Below the pieces are notes generated by a model that ran no database searches, had not been told where the DNA came from, and saw only the letters and a program-made list of their open reading frames with translations. DNA of 64,000 nucleotides from a virus. Taxonomy: Duplodnaviria; Caudoviricetes. This document shows positions 1 through 9,461 of this stretch, piece by piece. The stretch is from IMG/VR virus record IMGVR_UViG_3300031555_001441, positions 64,001 through 128,000 of that record; one strand, written 5' to 3'. Each line of letters begins with the position of its first letter. The first letter of the stretch is position 1. Position numbers and translations under genes: made by a program.

Positions 1-933
1 TTCCGCGTTGGTAAATCTCAACACTGTCCACCCTAAATTGTTTAGACATTGCACTTTCTTTGCATCCAACAACCGATGCGATTTCATATTGTGATCTACA
101 CCATCCACCTCTATTCCGAGAAATATTTCGGGATATGCTAGGTCGAGTGCGTATTTCGAAGGATAGTGATTTGGATTGTTTTTTCGATCTATACCCACAG
201 TCACGGAGTACTCTAATTTCCATTGAGGTCCTAGCTGAGATTTGAGCAGCATCTGCGGCTTGGTGAAGTGTCCGTTCCCACCACGTGCAACAGGCGGCAT
301 ATGTAAAGTACCATTTTGCTCTCGCGTCTGGATCATCTTCGCTACTACATCTGGATTGCTCATCGGATTGTGTTGTTTCATACGTTCTGATGCCTGTGGG
401 CTGGGCCTTCCTATGCTGTAACTGGTTGTCAATGCATAACGACAAGTATTGGAACATGTCTTCTTGTTCAGATTGGAAGAGTTCACTACAAATGAATTTC
501 CACACCAAGCGCACACACGAGTTATCACAAGTTTCGCAGTTTGTTTTCGCATCCGAATCAGATGATTCGCACATTTCGGAGAGCAGGCTGTTCGTGGATC
601 GCTGTTTCGAATCTCCATCTGCTTCCCACAAACTGGACAGATAAACATATGCCAGTGTTTTGAATGTTCCTCCGATAATCGTTCCAAATTTGGATTCTGC
701 GCTCTCCAAACTCCTCCGCACTGCGGTGAGCACGTGATTGAATTCACGCTCTGTGGTGTCCAGAACATCTTTCCACATATTGGACACTTTTTCTGTATCG
801 AACCAGGATGACGATTCGACATTTCGTTGTGCATATAGATCGCACGACACGCCTTGCTGCATAGCACTTTCTGATCGCTGGCATAACGCACCTCGAACAT
901 TTTGCCGCATTGTTTGCAACGACGTTGAATCAT
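1..933 (-). CDS. Zinc-finger plus Vsr/DUF559-like endonuclease in the +1 frame inside the intein; runs off the window
   Basis: AAGGAG RBS then ATG 933; 311 codons with no stop; four CxxCG...CSxxC repeats; C-terminal YALDLAYPEIFLGIEVDGVDH...LGWTVLRFTNAE. Confidence 0.88.
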   Translation of the reverse strand, partial: MIQRRCKQCGKMFEVRYASDQKVLCSKACRAIYMHNEMSNRHPGSIQKKCPICGKMFWTPQSVNSITCSPQCGGVWRAQNPNLERLSEEHSKHWHMFICPVCGKQMEIRNSDPRTACSPKCANHLIRMRKQTAKLVITRVCAWCGNSFVVNSSNLNKKTCSNTCRYALTTSYSIGRPSPQASERMKQHNPMSNPDVVAKMIQTREQNGTLHMPPVARGGNGHFTKPQMLLKSQLGPQWKLEYSVTVGIDRKNNPNHYPSKYALDLAYPEIFLGIEVDGVDHNMKSHRLLDAKKVQCLNNLGWTVLRFTNAE

Positions 934-1186
934 ATAGTTGATCTCCTTGTTGTAAATATTTAGCAGGTATCCACCCGTCATTAGTAAAAAACAAGTGATC
1001 TTGAGTTGTTACTAATCTACGACCTCCTACTGATATAGATATAAGGTTTTCTGGTTTCACTCTGTTCTTGAATACCTGTGTCACCGTCGCTTGACCTGTC
1101 ATGTTATATATGAGGTCTCCCGGTTGAATATCCTTGATTTGTATTTTACCTGCAGGTGTTGATATCCATGTATTTCCAGGAAAACA
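1..1186 (-). mobile_element. Intein inserted right after Walker B (IIDE/C)
   Basis: Block A CFPGNTWISTPAGKIQIKDIQPGD starts at 1186. Block B LVTTQDHLFFTNDGWIPAKYLQQGD follows. RVDSVEIY at the window edge resembles the start of the C-terminal splicing region. Confidence 0.92.
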
Positions 1187-1498
1187 TTCATCGATGATGA
1201 ATACCTTGTAATCACATCCTACTGGATATGCTCTCGCTTGCTGCATTATATCACGAACAGTGTCAACACCACTGTGTGAGGCAGCATCTAGCTCAATAGG
1301 CTCTCCTTTGCCGTTGTTTAAAACACGAGCCATGCATTTTAACAAAGTGGTCTTACCACAACCTGCTGGTCCAATCAACAGGAAATTTCGAAGTTCTAAC
1401 GGCTTAGTTTCACATATGGATTTTAGTATCTTGACCACAGTTCCCTGCTCTGTAACATCATCCCATGTTTTTGGCCTGTATTTATTTGCTAAATTCAT
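1..1498 (-). CDS. dnaX: DnaX (Pol III gamma/tau)-like clamp loader with an intein; runs off the window
   Basis: Manual translation from ATG 1498 (GGAG RBS): MNLANKYRPKTWDDV, Walker A GPAGCGKTT, IELDAASHSGVD, Walker B KVFIIDE. The frame is open to base 1. Absent from the ORF track because no stop lies in the window. Confidence 0.93.
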   Translation of the reverse strand, partial: MNLANKYRPKTWDDVTEQGTVVKILKSICETKPLELRNFLLIGPAGCGKTTLLKCMARVLNNGKGEPIELDAASHSGVDTVRDIMQQARAYPVGCDYKVFIIDECFPGNTWISTPAGKIQIKDIQPGDLIYNMTGQATVTQVFKNRVKPENLISISVGGRRLVTTQDHLFFTNDGWIPAKYLQQGDQLYDSTSLQTMRQNVRGALCQRSESAMQQGVSCDLYAQRNVESSSWFDTEKVSNMWKDVLDTTEREFNHVLTAVRRSLESAESKFGTIIGGTFKTLAYVYLSSLWEADGDSKQRSTNSLLSEMCESSDSDAKTNCETCDNSCVRLVWKFICSELFQSEQEDMFQYLSLCIDNQLQHRKAQPTGIRTYETTQSDEQSRCSSEDDPDARAKWYFTYAACCTWWERTLHQAADAAQISARTSMEIRVLRDCGYRSKKQSKSLSFEIRTRPSISRNISRNRGGWCRSQYEIASVVGCKESAMSKQFRVDSVEIYQRG

Positions 1499-1544
1499 AT
1501 GATTTCTCCAATCATGAATAGTGATGTATATGTACTATAACGAT

Positions 1545-2324
1545 TCATCGTCCATACTCCTTGCATTTCTTGTGGTAAGGACAGTAGTTGGGCGAACACC
1601 ATTTGTCGCCTTTTGGAAGACCTTCAGGTGCTAGATTTTTGTCAACCATGTCGAGAACATACTCTAATCGATGCTTGATTTCATCTTGTTGTGCAAGTGA
1701 CACTGATAACGAATAACATTTCAGATCACCATACCATCGGTCTTGATAAAGAAATAAAACATCATTAAGATTAAGAAGTGTTGCGTACAGCATCGCTTGA
1801 TCAATGTGTTCTGCTTTTGCGAATGTTAAATCTTGCCAACTAGCGTATTCACATGTTTTTATCTCTAGAAGTGTGAGCTTATCTTTCCAACGAATGATTC
1901 CATCGCATGCGAATCGTATTGGAGGTCTAGCTATCTCAATTTGAGTTTCTAACTTGTTACTAGACTGTTTCGCTGTATACTCATACGAAAAATTTATTGA
2001 TTTTAGATAAGTACAAACATCTATCCAATCTTCTTTCAGAAATTCTCTTAGATCAGACTGAATTATTTCATGACAAGCTGTTCCGATTCTTGATATGAAA
2101 TCTAAGCCCTTATCAGGTTGTTTCAATTCATCAGGCTGAACACCTCTGAGCCGAAACCACGAACGTCTATCACATCTGAAAGAAGAAGCGGCGAAAGTCC
2201 TGTGAGAAGGCTCCGCCGCTTGTCTTACTATCTTTTGATTCAGTTCGTTTTCGTAAAATTCAAGTAGTTCCGCACTGGCGGTTGAATTGAAAGGTGCAAC
2301 ACTATCTAATTTACGAAACGCCAT
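1545..2324 (-). CDS. Cas4-like PD-(D/E)XK exonuclease
   Basis: CDGII...LLEIKT and QAMLY motifs; one N-terminal Cys plus C-terminal CSPNYCPYHKKC, a typical Fe-S staple. Confidence 0.8.
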   Translation of the reverse strand: MAFRKLDSVAPFNSTASAELLEFYENELNQKIVRQAAEPSHRTFAASSFRCDRRSWFRLRGVQPDELKQPDKGLDFISRIGTACHEIIQSDLREFLKEDWIDVCTYLKSINFSYEYTAKQSSNKLETQIEIARPPIRFACDGIIRWKDKLTLLEIKTCEYASWQDLTFAKAEHIDQAMLYATLLNLNDVLFLYQDRWYGDLKCYSLSVSLAQQDEIKHRLEYVLDMVDKNLAPEGLPKGDKWCSPNYCPYHKKCKEYGR

Positions 2325-2330
2325 AGTAGA

Positions 2331-3446
2331 TTACTCCGCTACACTTGAAAGCATTGACGTGCAATCTTTGTTCCAGAAGAGCAGTCCGATGACTACAGAT
2401 TCCTCAAGCATCGGATATATGCAAACTTTATCACCATCGACGTAGTTAGCTACAATGGATTTAAGAGTATCTACTCGGAATTCACCTGTGTATACATCAG
2501 GAGTAATACCAGTTGCAGCTACCTCGCACTTGAGCGTATCTGTATAAAGTTTAACTTGTCCATCTCCTACGGACACAAATATCGTATCTTCAGTCGAGGT
2601 AGAAAGCAATGTTGCTTGCCCTAAGAACTTATTGATTGCAGCTGCGCTCGTTTCAACATAATTCGATACTGGATGCTTCATCATGTTGAGGAATATTGCA
2701 GAGTTATAACTACCTACGCCTTCATCGGTTTCATACTGAGGCTGGAATTCTGATACATATGAATAGCTGTCCAGCTGAAGAGATATCAGATAGCTGCGGT
2801 CATAGCGTGTTAATTTTGCACCTTCAGGAAGTGCATTGAATAGATTCACTATTGTTTCAGAAAGTAGACAAGTTGTCCCAAGATTGCTTCTTTTAGAATG
2901 TGTAAACAAGCTGTTATCAAAATCGCCGACAAGAACATCACCGGTATCACCTATCCACACTTTAGTATATACAGGATGCGTGAAAGACATTGCTATTGCA
3001 AACATCTGATGATCTTTGACAAATCTCCATGCATCTTTGTCAATATCAACAGAGACTCCGGACTGATCTGATACATCCTTTGGGCTATTAAGTTCAAGCT
3101 CAATGCTATCTATCATCTTCGGAAGTGTAAATTTGGATTTACCTGAGTGTAAAACGAGCCCATTCTCTATGAACTCAAGTGTGACTGTCGCGGTTTCAAA
3201 TGTAGACACAAGCTGTTTCAATAAGAGGCTGTCTACAAATATAGATTCAGATGCATCTGCATCGCCAGCACCCTTTACAATCAGTTGCGTTACAATAGAT
3301 TCAGCTTCTAGATTAACTCTGAGCGATGTCTTTGTAGCAGTCAGCTGAGCTAAACAGCTCTTTCTGTAGTACTTTGACACGTTTGAATTGATGATTCCGA
3401 GATTGAGTGCATCGGAAAGCGGTTTTGTGTTGCATGTAAACTGCAT
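2331..3446 (-). CDS. dnaN: DNA polymerase sliding clamp, DnaN/beta-like
   Basis: 371 aa; MQFTCNTKPLSDAL start and SGKSKFTLP resemble beta clamp; lies between polymerase and clamp loader. Confidence 0.7.
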   Translation of the reverse strand: MQFTCNTKPLSDALNLGIINSNVSKYYRKSCLAQLTATKTSLRVNLEAESIVTQLIVKGAGDADASESIFVDSLLLKQLVSTFETATVTLEFIENGLVLHSGKSKFTLPKMIDSIELELNSPKDVSDQSGVSVDIDKDAWRFVKDHQMFAIAMSFTHPVYTKVWIGDTGDVLVGDFDNSLFTHSKRSNLGTTCLLSETIVNLFNALPEGAKLTRYDRSYLISLQLDSYSYVSEFQPQYETDEGVGSYNSAIFLNMMKHPVSNYVETSAAAINKFLGQATLLSTSTEDTIFVSVGDGQVKLYTDTLKCEVAATGITPDVYTGEFRVDTLKSIVANYVDGDKVCIYPMLEESVVIGLLFWNKDCTSMLSSVAE

Positions 3447-3451
3447 AACAT

Positions 3452-4675
3452 TTAATCTCCTTGTAAAACTTTTCTTTTGATATGAGAAGTAAATTCTTCT
3501 ATATGTATTCTATAACGATTCATGTATTCTACGATGCGATCCTCCAGTTCCTGTGTAGCTTTACCATTCACGCCATGCGCAGCGTCGCCTCTAGGTTTAC
3601 TTCCATCTTCTTCTTTGAATACTGGAAGTGTAAATTCTAGATCGACCAGCTGGTACTGTAGCCACTTTAGATGTTCCGGATCCATTGTATATATGTCTTG
3701 TATGTTTTCAAGTTTCTCAACTTCAGGATATGGGCACGGATATTCAAGTCCATACCAACGAATTGTTGTGGTTACATCACAGCTTATCGGGAACGGTAAG
3801 AAACTACCAGCTTCACTCATAGTAGTACTGAGTATGTTAGCACCTTCTTCTGCATACTGTATTGGAACTTCTGCAATCAATTCATCATGAACAGGAAGCA
3901 AGAATCGACCTCCTATAGATTGCCACGTTGGATTGTTTTCCAGCTGAATCATAGCAAGTTTGGTCATTTCTGCTGCAGACCCTTGAATTATACTGTTTGT
4001 GCATTGTCTAGTTGCTTCAGTTATCTTTGGTCGATTGTTGATAACTTTAATGTGCTCTTCGTATAACTCTTTAGTTCTCCGAGCGATTTGACCGAAGTAC
4101 TTGTATCCTTTGAATTCTCGCATGAGCTCTTCGACAATACGTTGCGGAATTTCATTTTTAGTGTTCTGCAAAGTAGATACATCTAATGGATCAACATCTG
4201 GGTTGACGTATCCCTTCATCGGTAAAAATTCAAATTCAGGCAACTGCATATCTGGTATGTGACGACGACGTCCTAATATAGTTTCAACATATCCATGCGT
4301 CCTTGCCATATTTTGAGAACTCAACATCAACTGACGCAAATTTGGAAACGCATTCAGAACAGCATCATATATCTTTTGTGCTTTAGAAGTTTTATCATCT
4401 TCAGTCATATCATCACGTGTACCAAACAATTGCTCTGCAATTGACGGAACAGATCTTCCGTAACATATGCCCAATACAATAACTTTGGCTTCTCCACGTC
4501 TGGCTTTACCATCAGGTTGATATTCATGTGTTTCTGGATGAAACTCCAAACATTTTTCATATGGAAGATTAAATGCTAAACTTGCTATTGTAGCATATAT
4601 GTCCTTGCCCTCTTTAAAAGCTTTTATCATGTTTGGATCTTGAGATACAAATGCTGTGATCTTTGGTTCTTGCTG
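3452..4675 (-). CDS. polA: Family A DNA polymerase, exon 2
   Basis: QQEPKITAF continues motif A; motif B RGEAKVIVLGICYG; NSIIQGSAAEMTK; motif C LPVHDELIAE. Confidence 0.93.
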   Translation of the reverse strand, partial: QQEPKITAFVSQDPNMIKAFKEGKDIYATIASLAFNLPYEKCLEFHPETHEYQPDGKARRGEAKVIVLGICYGRSVPSIAEQLFGTRDDMTEDDKTSKAQKIYDAVLNAFPNLRQLMLSSQNMARTHGYVETILGRRRHIPDMQLPEFEFLPMKGYVNPDVDPLDVSTLQNTKNEIPQRIVEELMREFKGYKYFGQIARRTKELYEEHIKVINNRPKITEATRQCTNSIIQGSAAEMTKLAMIQLENNPTWQSIGGRFLLPVHDELIAEVPIQYAEEGANILSTTMSEAGSFLPFPISCDVTTTIRWYGLEYPCPYPEVEKLENIQDIYTMDPEHLKWLQYQLVDLEFTLPVFKEEDGSKPRGDAAHGVNGKATQELEDRIVEYMNRYRIHIEEFTSHIKRKVLQGD

Positions 4676-5073
4676 CAACTTAGTTATGTGCTCGCTACGC
4701 ACTTCTCTTATTGCTAAGAGTGTCGGACTATCTCTTGAACAAATGATTCTGTTACCAAATCATCTGCACCTACGAATTTCCATTTAATGGATTTACTATG
4801 AACTAATATCATTCATAAACCAACTCGCTTGAGCTGTACTCTACTCACTTGGTTATCTTAATTCGCCTAAGTTATCACTTATTTATGTATTTCTACAATT
4901 GCGAATATCTAGCTTTCGATAGTCTCTACACACGATATATCCATTTGAATCTACAAATAAATTGATTAGTTGAATATGAATATATCTTGCTCGATATTGT
5001 CCTGTATCTTGAACCAATAAATACAGGAGTTCATCGACTTAACGTAGTTTTATACTACAGCCAACCTCTGTAA
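4676..5073 (-). mobile_element. Group I intron, 398 nt, no long ORF
   Basis: Removal restores SSDYS/QQEPK. The exon ends in U and the intron ends in G. P1 is CUACAGU paired with GCUGUAG, with U.G at the splice site. P7 elements AGAGACUAUC and GAGAUAGUCC are present. Confidence 0.93.
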
Positions 5074-6426
5074 ACTGTAGTCGCTACTCATCAGTACATA
5101 TCCAGGAGTAGCTCTGAATATATGTCGAATATCTTCTGCATGTGACGGGATATTCTGAAGATTCGGCGAAGCTGAACTCATACGTCCCGTTGCAGCTCCA
5201 ACAGAGTTAAATACTGCATGAATTCGGCTATCTGGCGTAGTCGCTTTCGGCAATTTATCAACATACGTTGATATCAACTTATCTGCATTTCGCATCTTAA
5301 CAATCTGCTTTGTTACAGGTAGATTGAGATCGTTGAGAACATTCTTGTCAACACTTTTACCGATATCAAGTTTCATCAATTCCTTCAACAAATAAGGAAC
5401 ATGTATATTGGAATTATGATTGAAATCCTGCCCGGATTTGAAAGGACATTTAATTCTCAAATTATAAAGACTTGTGTCTAATATAGACTGAACCATATCC
5501 GCAAGCACTTGCTGTTCATTCTTCTGAATAGCTTCATACTTGATCTTTATTCTAGATGCAACTTCTGTGTCAAGATACATTCCGCGTCTATGCAGATTCT
5601 GACAAACTCGTATCATCGGAATCTCTACGTTCCACACAAGATCAGCTACAGCTTCAAGATGAGCTTTCTGACATTTTGGATGTTCTTTAGTAACATAAGG
5701 AAGTTGCCACTTAAATAACTCAAATGTTATTTTAGCATCATTGGCTGCATAAAGTTTAGCAACTTCAGGTTTACAATATGGAAACAGTTCAGGTGTGAAG
5801 AAATCTGAGAACTTCTTCGGATCTCCCTTACCTTTAAGAACATATTTGTTGTAGAGCCCCTTTAATGAGTTATCCTTCTCATTTTCTTTGAGGCACCTCC
5901 ATGCAAGGATAACATCATAATAGCAACTGTCCAACAAGTCTACTTTAAGATCTTTATAAATCATAGATAAGTCGAAATCTGCATTTGCAAATATCAACTT
6001 AACTTTATTATCAGCTAGACGCTGAAATTCTTGACCAATTTGTTCATACGATAATTGATCTTTGTAAGGTTCATCAAATATCGGAATGAGATGTTTGCTA
6101 GGTATGTAGCATTCTACACCGTTAGGATAATAAAGTGAAGCACCTACAATAGTATCATGTATTCTATCAAGACCTGTAGTTTCTGTATCAATACCTGCCC
6201 ATCCGACTTCAATACATTTATCGACATATTCATGAAGCTGATCAACTGAGGTGATGAGTATTGCGGGCGAATCTTTGAAATATTCTTTAACAGTCTCTGA
6301 AATTGAATTCAACTCAGAATTCATGCCCTTAACAGATGTTTTTGATGGCGGGGCAGTTGGTACTAGCTGACTCTTAGCCGCAACTTGATTTATTGCATCA
6401 ATTTGAGCTTGATTAAATAATGGCAT
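5074..6426 (-). CDS. polA: Family A DNA polymerase, exon 1 (3'-5' exonuclease and start of polymerase domain)
   Basis: IDTETTGL, YAANDAKIT, TGRMSSASPNLQNIP; start moved to the MPLF ATG behind a purine-rich RBS. Confidence 0.93.
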
Positions 6427-6520
6427 ATAGTTTTCCCCCTTTCTCAATTTATTTATTCATATATCCAATATGCCGATCACACAAAGTTTGTGCAGATCGG
6501 CATTATTGTTTGAAAAGCTA

Positions 6521-7228
6521 TCAGAAGTCTACAGGTTCGTCATCAAGAGATTCAACGTTTTCAAACTCAGTTGAATCGTCAGGAACACTTATAGTCGGTG
6601 CAGCAGCTGTTGTGATTGAACGAGGCTGAATCTGATAGTTCGGAAGCGAACTGTTGCTGTAAGCTTCGGTAGACCCTTCTGACGTAGTTAGATGCGTCGA
6701 AAGCAAGTTGGTCAGTTCAGCGGCAGACAGTTCTTTACAGATGTTGGAGTAATAGTCCGGGAATGTGATGTTGTTTGCTTTCAGGATATCATCATACTTC
6801 AGAACGGAGTTTCTGCCGATAGCTGTTATCTGATAAACAGTATTTACGTCTCCGGCAGCCCCTTTACGAGTGATTCTGAATACATATTCAGACGGATTCG
6901 GAAACTTAGTAAATACATCCTGACTGAACTGTGCCTCGAACCTAATACCTCTGTCCCAAAATTCAATTGCATTTGTAGACAGATTGTAAATCGGTATGAA
7001 GAGCTTAGTTTGAACTCTGATGCCTTTGGCACACGCCGGACATCCACGACCACAGCAGTGTACATATCCGCTGTAATCAGCAGACTTTATGTAGTGCGTA
7101 TCCGCAACTAACACATCATCCAGACTCTGATACAGGAAGATCACATCTGCGTAATCGCCGTCGTTTCTTAGCAGAAACAATCCGCCAAATTTTTCTTCAT
7201 TGTAAGCTTTTACTGATTTGAATGCCAT
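6521..7228 (-). CDS. Single-stranded DNA-binding protein (putative)
   Basis: HCCGRGCPAC zinc site, FRITRKG...TVYQI, acidic tail ending DDEPVDF, next to the polymerase. Confidence 0.75.
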   Translation of the reverse strand: MAFKSVKAYNEEKFGGLFLLRNDGDYADVIFLYQSLDDVLVADTHYIKSADYSGYVHCCGRGCPACAKGIRVQTKLFIPIYNLSTNAIEFWDRGIRFEAQFSQDVFTKFPNPSEYVFRITRKGAAGDVNTVYQITAIGRNSVLKYDDILKANNITFPDYYSNICKELSAAELTNLLSTHLTTSEGSTEAYSNSSLPNYQIQPRSITTAAAPTISVPDDSTEFENVESLDDEPVDF

Positions 7229-7276
7229 GATATCATTCTCCTTTGATATAAATTGATTTATGTATTCAATAACGAT

Positions 7277-7720
7277 TCAACATTTTGCAGTGTAAGTTGC
7301 ATATGAATCGGCATTTTCTCTTAATCTCATCTCTGTTACAACTACTCCAGGTGAGTATGCATCTAAAGTAGCTTGCAACTGCAATGCTATTTGTTCGCAT
7401 ATAGTTTCAGCACTTACTACACTGCTATACGCCTTTGTGGGAACACCTAATCCGTCAAATGTAGCTGCGACGGATTGTGCTTGTAGATCTTTGTGATAGT
7501 ATAAAAATGTATGATTTGGAACACATGCGCTTAAGTGAGCGCGCAGCATCTTGAATTCATATACAAGTGATGACGCATCGGACTGCAACGTGTTCTGAAC
7601 TGTAGCTTCAACTAAATATCGACAGCCTTGTAACATGTACTTATGAGATAAGATATCTTGTACTAGATACACACAGTCAAACTCTATTCGTTGTGTAACT
7701 GTATTATTTTTTGTGATCAT
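7277..7720 (-). CDS. QueD/PTPS-like T-fold protein with degenerate active site
   Basis: Pattern QGCRYLVEATV...LVYEFKMLR...NHTFL...SAETI...RLRENADSYATY parallels QueD HGHxYxVEV...MVxDFxxLK...DHxxL...TAENI...VxETxxSYA; GGAGG RBS. Confidence 0.6.
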   Translation of the reverse strand: MITKNNTVTQRIEFDCVYLVQDILSHKYMLQGCRYLVEATVQNTLQSDASSLVYEFKMLRAHLSACVPNHTFLYYHKDLQAQSVAATFDGLGVPTKAYSSVVSAETICEQIALQLQATLDAYSPGVVVTEMRLRENADSYATYTAKC

Positions 7721-8222
7721 AGCTGACCTCCAGCGCATGTAATCCAGATATCGTACCACACCAATATTGATCTGCAGGATTATCTACAGATGTTATAACA
7801 TATATTCCATTTGATGTGCAATGTAACGCAAGCGGTACATCATCAATCTCAAATCCGCCTATATAGTCGTTATCGTCTAACGGTACGATTTGATCAGGAT
7901 GCTGTCTTAACATATTGTATTTATCACTCAACAGATCGTCTATTAACTCATGTTTGCGTCTGTTCTTTGTCGATACACTGAGCAATGGTAAATGTGAGTT
8001 ATCTATCATAAACTGAATCAGCAAACATATCGCACCTAATACTCCAACACAGACGGCACCTCCGATCCATGTCATAACACTTGTATCCGATGTCATCTCG
8101 GATAAAGTAATTTCTCCGGACTGGAATTTCTGTTCCTCAGTATCAATACGCAGTACAACAAACAGTGCACATAAGATAGCAGCTATTATGAATACAATTC
8201 CCACAACTTTAAATATTTTCAT
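7704..8222 (-). CDS. Membrane protein with two predicted TM helices
   Basis: Two hydrophobic segments in the N-terminal half. Confidence 0.7.
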   Translation of the reverse strand: MKIFKVVGIVFIIAAILCALFVVLRIDTEEQKFQSGEITLSEMTSDTSVMTWIGGAVCVGVLGAICLLIQFMIDNSHLPLLSVSTKNRRKHELIDDLLSDKYNMLRQHPDQIVPLDDNDYIGGFEIDDVPLALHCTSNGIYVITSVDNPADQYWCGTISGLHALEVSYDHKK

Positions 8223-8250
8223 GATCTTAACTCCCTATAATATATTACAT

Positions 8251-8901
8251 TCAATTAAATACATCAAGATAATCAGCTAACTTGATTCGAAGTTCGGCGA
8301 TTATTTCCTGTTTCCTGGATTCAGATACTTTAGGAAGCGACGGATCCGACCTACCTAATAACTTAGAAACAACAGACATTGTATCTTCTCCCATAGATTC
8401 TATCGTAGCCCAGAACTCTTCACGAGACTTTTCTTTAGTATAATCAGTAGTATCTGGAATTGTATCGAATAAATCAAGCTCATCGCCTGTTTCACTGATA
8501 ACGATATTGCTGCTTTCAAGCTGATACCTCTCACGATCTCGCTTTATATCATGGCAGATACAATACATACAATTGTATGCTACTCGATATACATAAGATG
8601 CTGAAAACCTCTCAGGCTTCGCTTTGATTACAGGTACATTTTTCATCAAGTACTGGAGACAGGTACTTACGCCATCTTCTTCTGTAGTATAGAAACTTCT
8701 TGTTTTGAACCATGCAAGTGTTATCTGATCGTAGAACTGAACATACAAAGCCGCTGCCTTAGAATCATCTGCTAACGCAGACCATTCATCAAAAGACAGC
8801 GGACTTTCATATCCGAGAAATGATTTGAAAGAATTGTAAGTAGCTCTCAGCGGCGACGTGCAGGTAGTAGTTTCCATCTCTGAAATGTTATTCTGTGCCA
8901 T
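8251..8901 (-). CDS. Divergent sigma-factor-like protein
   Basis: EEDGVSTCLQYLMK...ERFSASYVYRVAYN resembles sigma70 region 2; AAGGAG RBS; TATAAT box upstream. Confidence 0.5.
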   Translation of the reverse strand: MAQNNISEMETTTCTSPLRATYNSFKSFLGYESPLSFDEWSALADDSKAAALYVQFYDQITLAWFKTRSFYTTEEDGVSTCLQYLMKNVPVIKAKPERFSASYVYRVAYNCMYCICHDIKRDRERYQLESSNIVISETGDELDLFDTIPDTTDYTKEKSREEFWATIESMGEDTMSVVSKLLGRSDPSLPKVSESRKQEIIAELRIKLADYLDVFN

Positions 8902-9016
8902 GACACTATTCTCCTTGATATGTGTTGATGTATTTTGATGTTTGAACTGTTATATATTGTACATATATTATAAGCGATACATGATTAAAAAATCTTTATT
9001 TTTATTTTAAATAAAT

Positions 9017-9241
9017 TTAAATTATTTTGTTTGTCTTAACAGATGAGCTCTCATCTATCACTGTTGCATATTCAGCTGTTCTAGTAAGCGCATTGAATCC
9101 TTCATCGTATCCGTGCTGATATCCATCTGAGTATCCGTCCGAATAACCAGAAGCATACGCCTTATGAAGCTCCTGTTTGAAATTATCTGTTTTGCAATAA
9201 TGAGCACAAAAACGACTGAAAAGTCTTTCACGTAGTTTCAT
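9017..9241 (-). CDS. Hypothetical protein with GYxDG repeats
   Basis: ORF with GGAGG RBS; GYSDGYSDGYQHGYDEG. Confidence 0.65.
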   Translation of the reverse strand: MKLRERLFSRFCAHYCKTDNFKQELHKAYASGYSDGYSDGYQHGYDEGFNALTRTAEYATVIDESSSVKTNKII

Positions 9242-9461
9242 CAGAACGATTCCTCCACAATTTATAAAGTTTGATGATGTGAACAATTACGCATACACCA
9301 TTCAATAACCATACACTAATAGATCCAATCAAAAATCCATACACTACAAAAACAATCGAACCTAGTATGTTTATGCGCCGAATATTTACTTCAGATTTCT
9401 GTAAAAATGATAACAGCACTAAACATGTTGCAGCTATTCCTACAAGTTCAATCCAATTCAT
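9228..9461 (-). CDS. Small YgjV-like membrane protein
   Basis: IELVGIAATCLVLLSF...IRRINILGSIVFVVYGFLI...LLN pattern. Confidence 0.65.
   Translation of the reverse strand: MNWIELVGIAATCLVLLSFLQKSEVNIRRINILGSIVFVVYGFLIGSISVWLLNGVCVIVHIIKLYKLWRNRSDETT

Noticed and set aside
60-1502. Plus-strand ORFs here and throughout the window
   Set aside because: They are antisense shadows of well-supported minus-strand genes, without RBS or motifs; only 15913-16677 is supported on the plus strand.
1545-2324. CRISPR-Cas system implied by the Cas4-like gene
   Set aside because: Solo Cas4-like nucleases are common in phage replication modules; no cas1, cas2 or array is present.
4676-4702. Independent start for a split polymerase (MRSEHITKL)
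   Set aside because: These codons lie within the intron 3' end; splicing explains the two ORFs.
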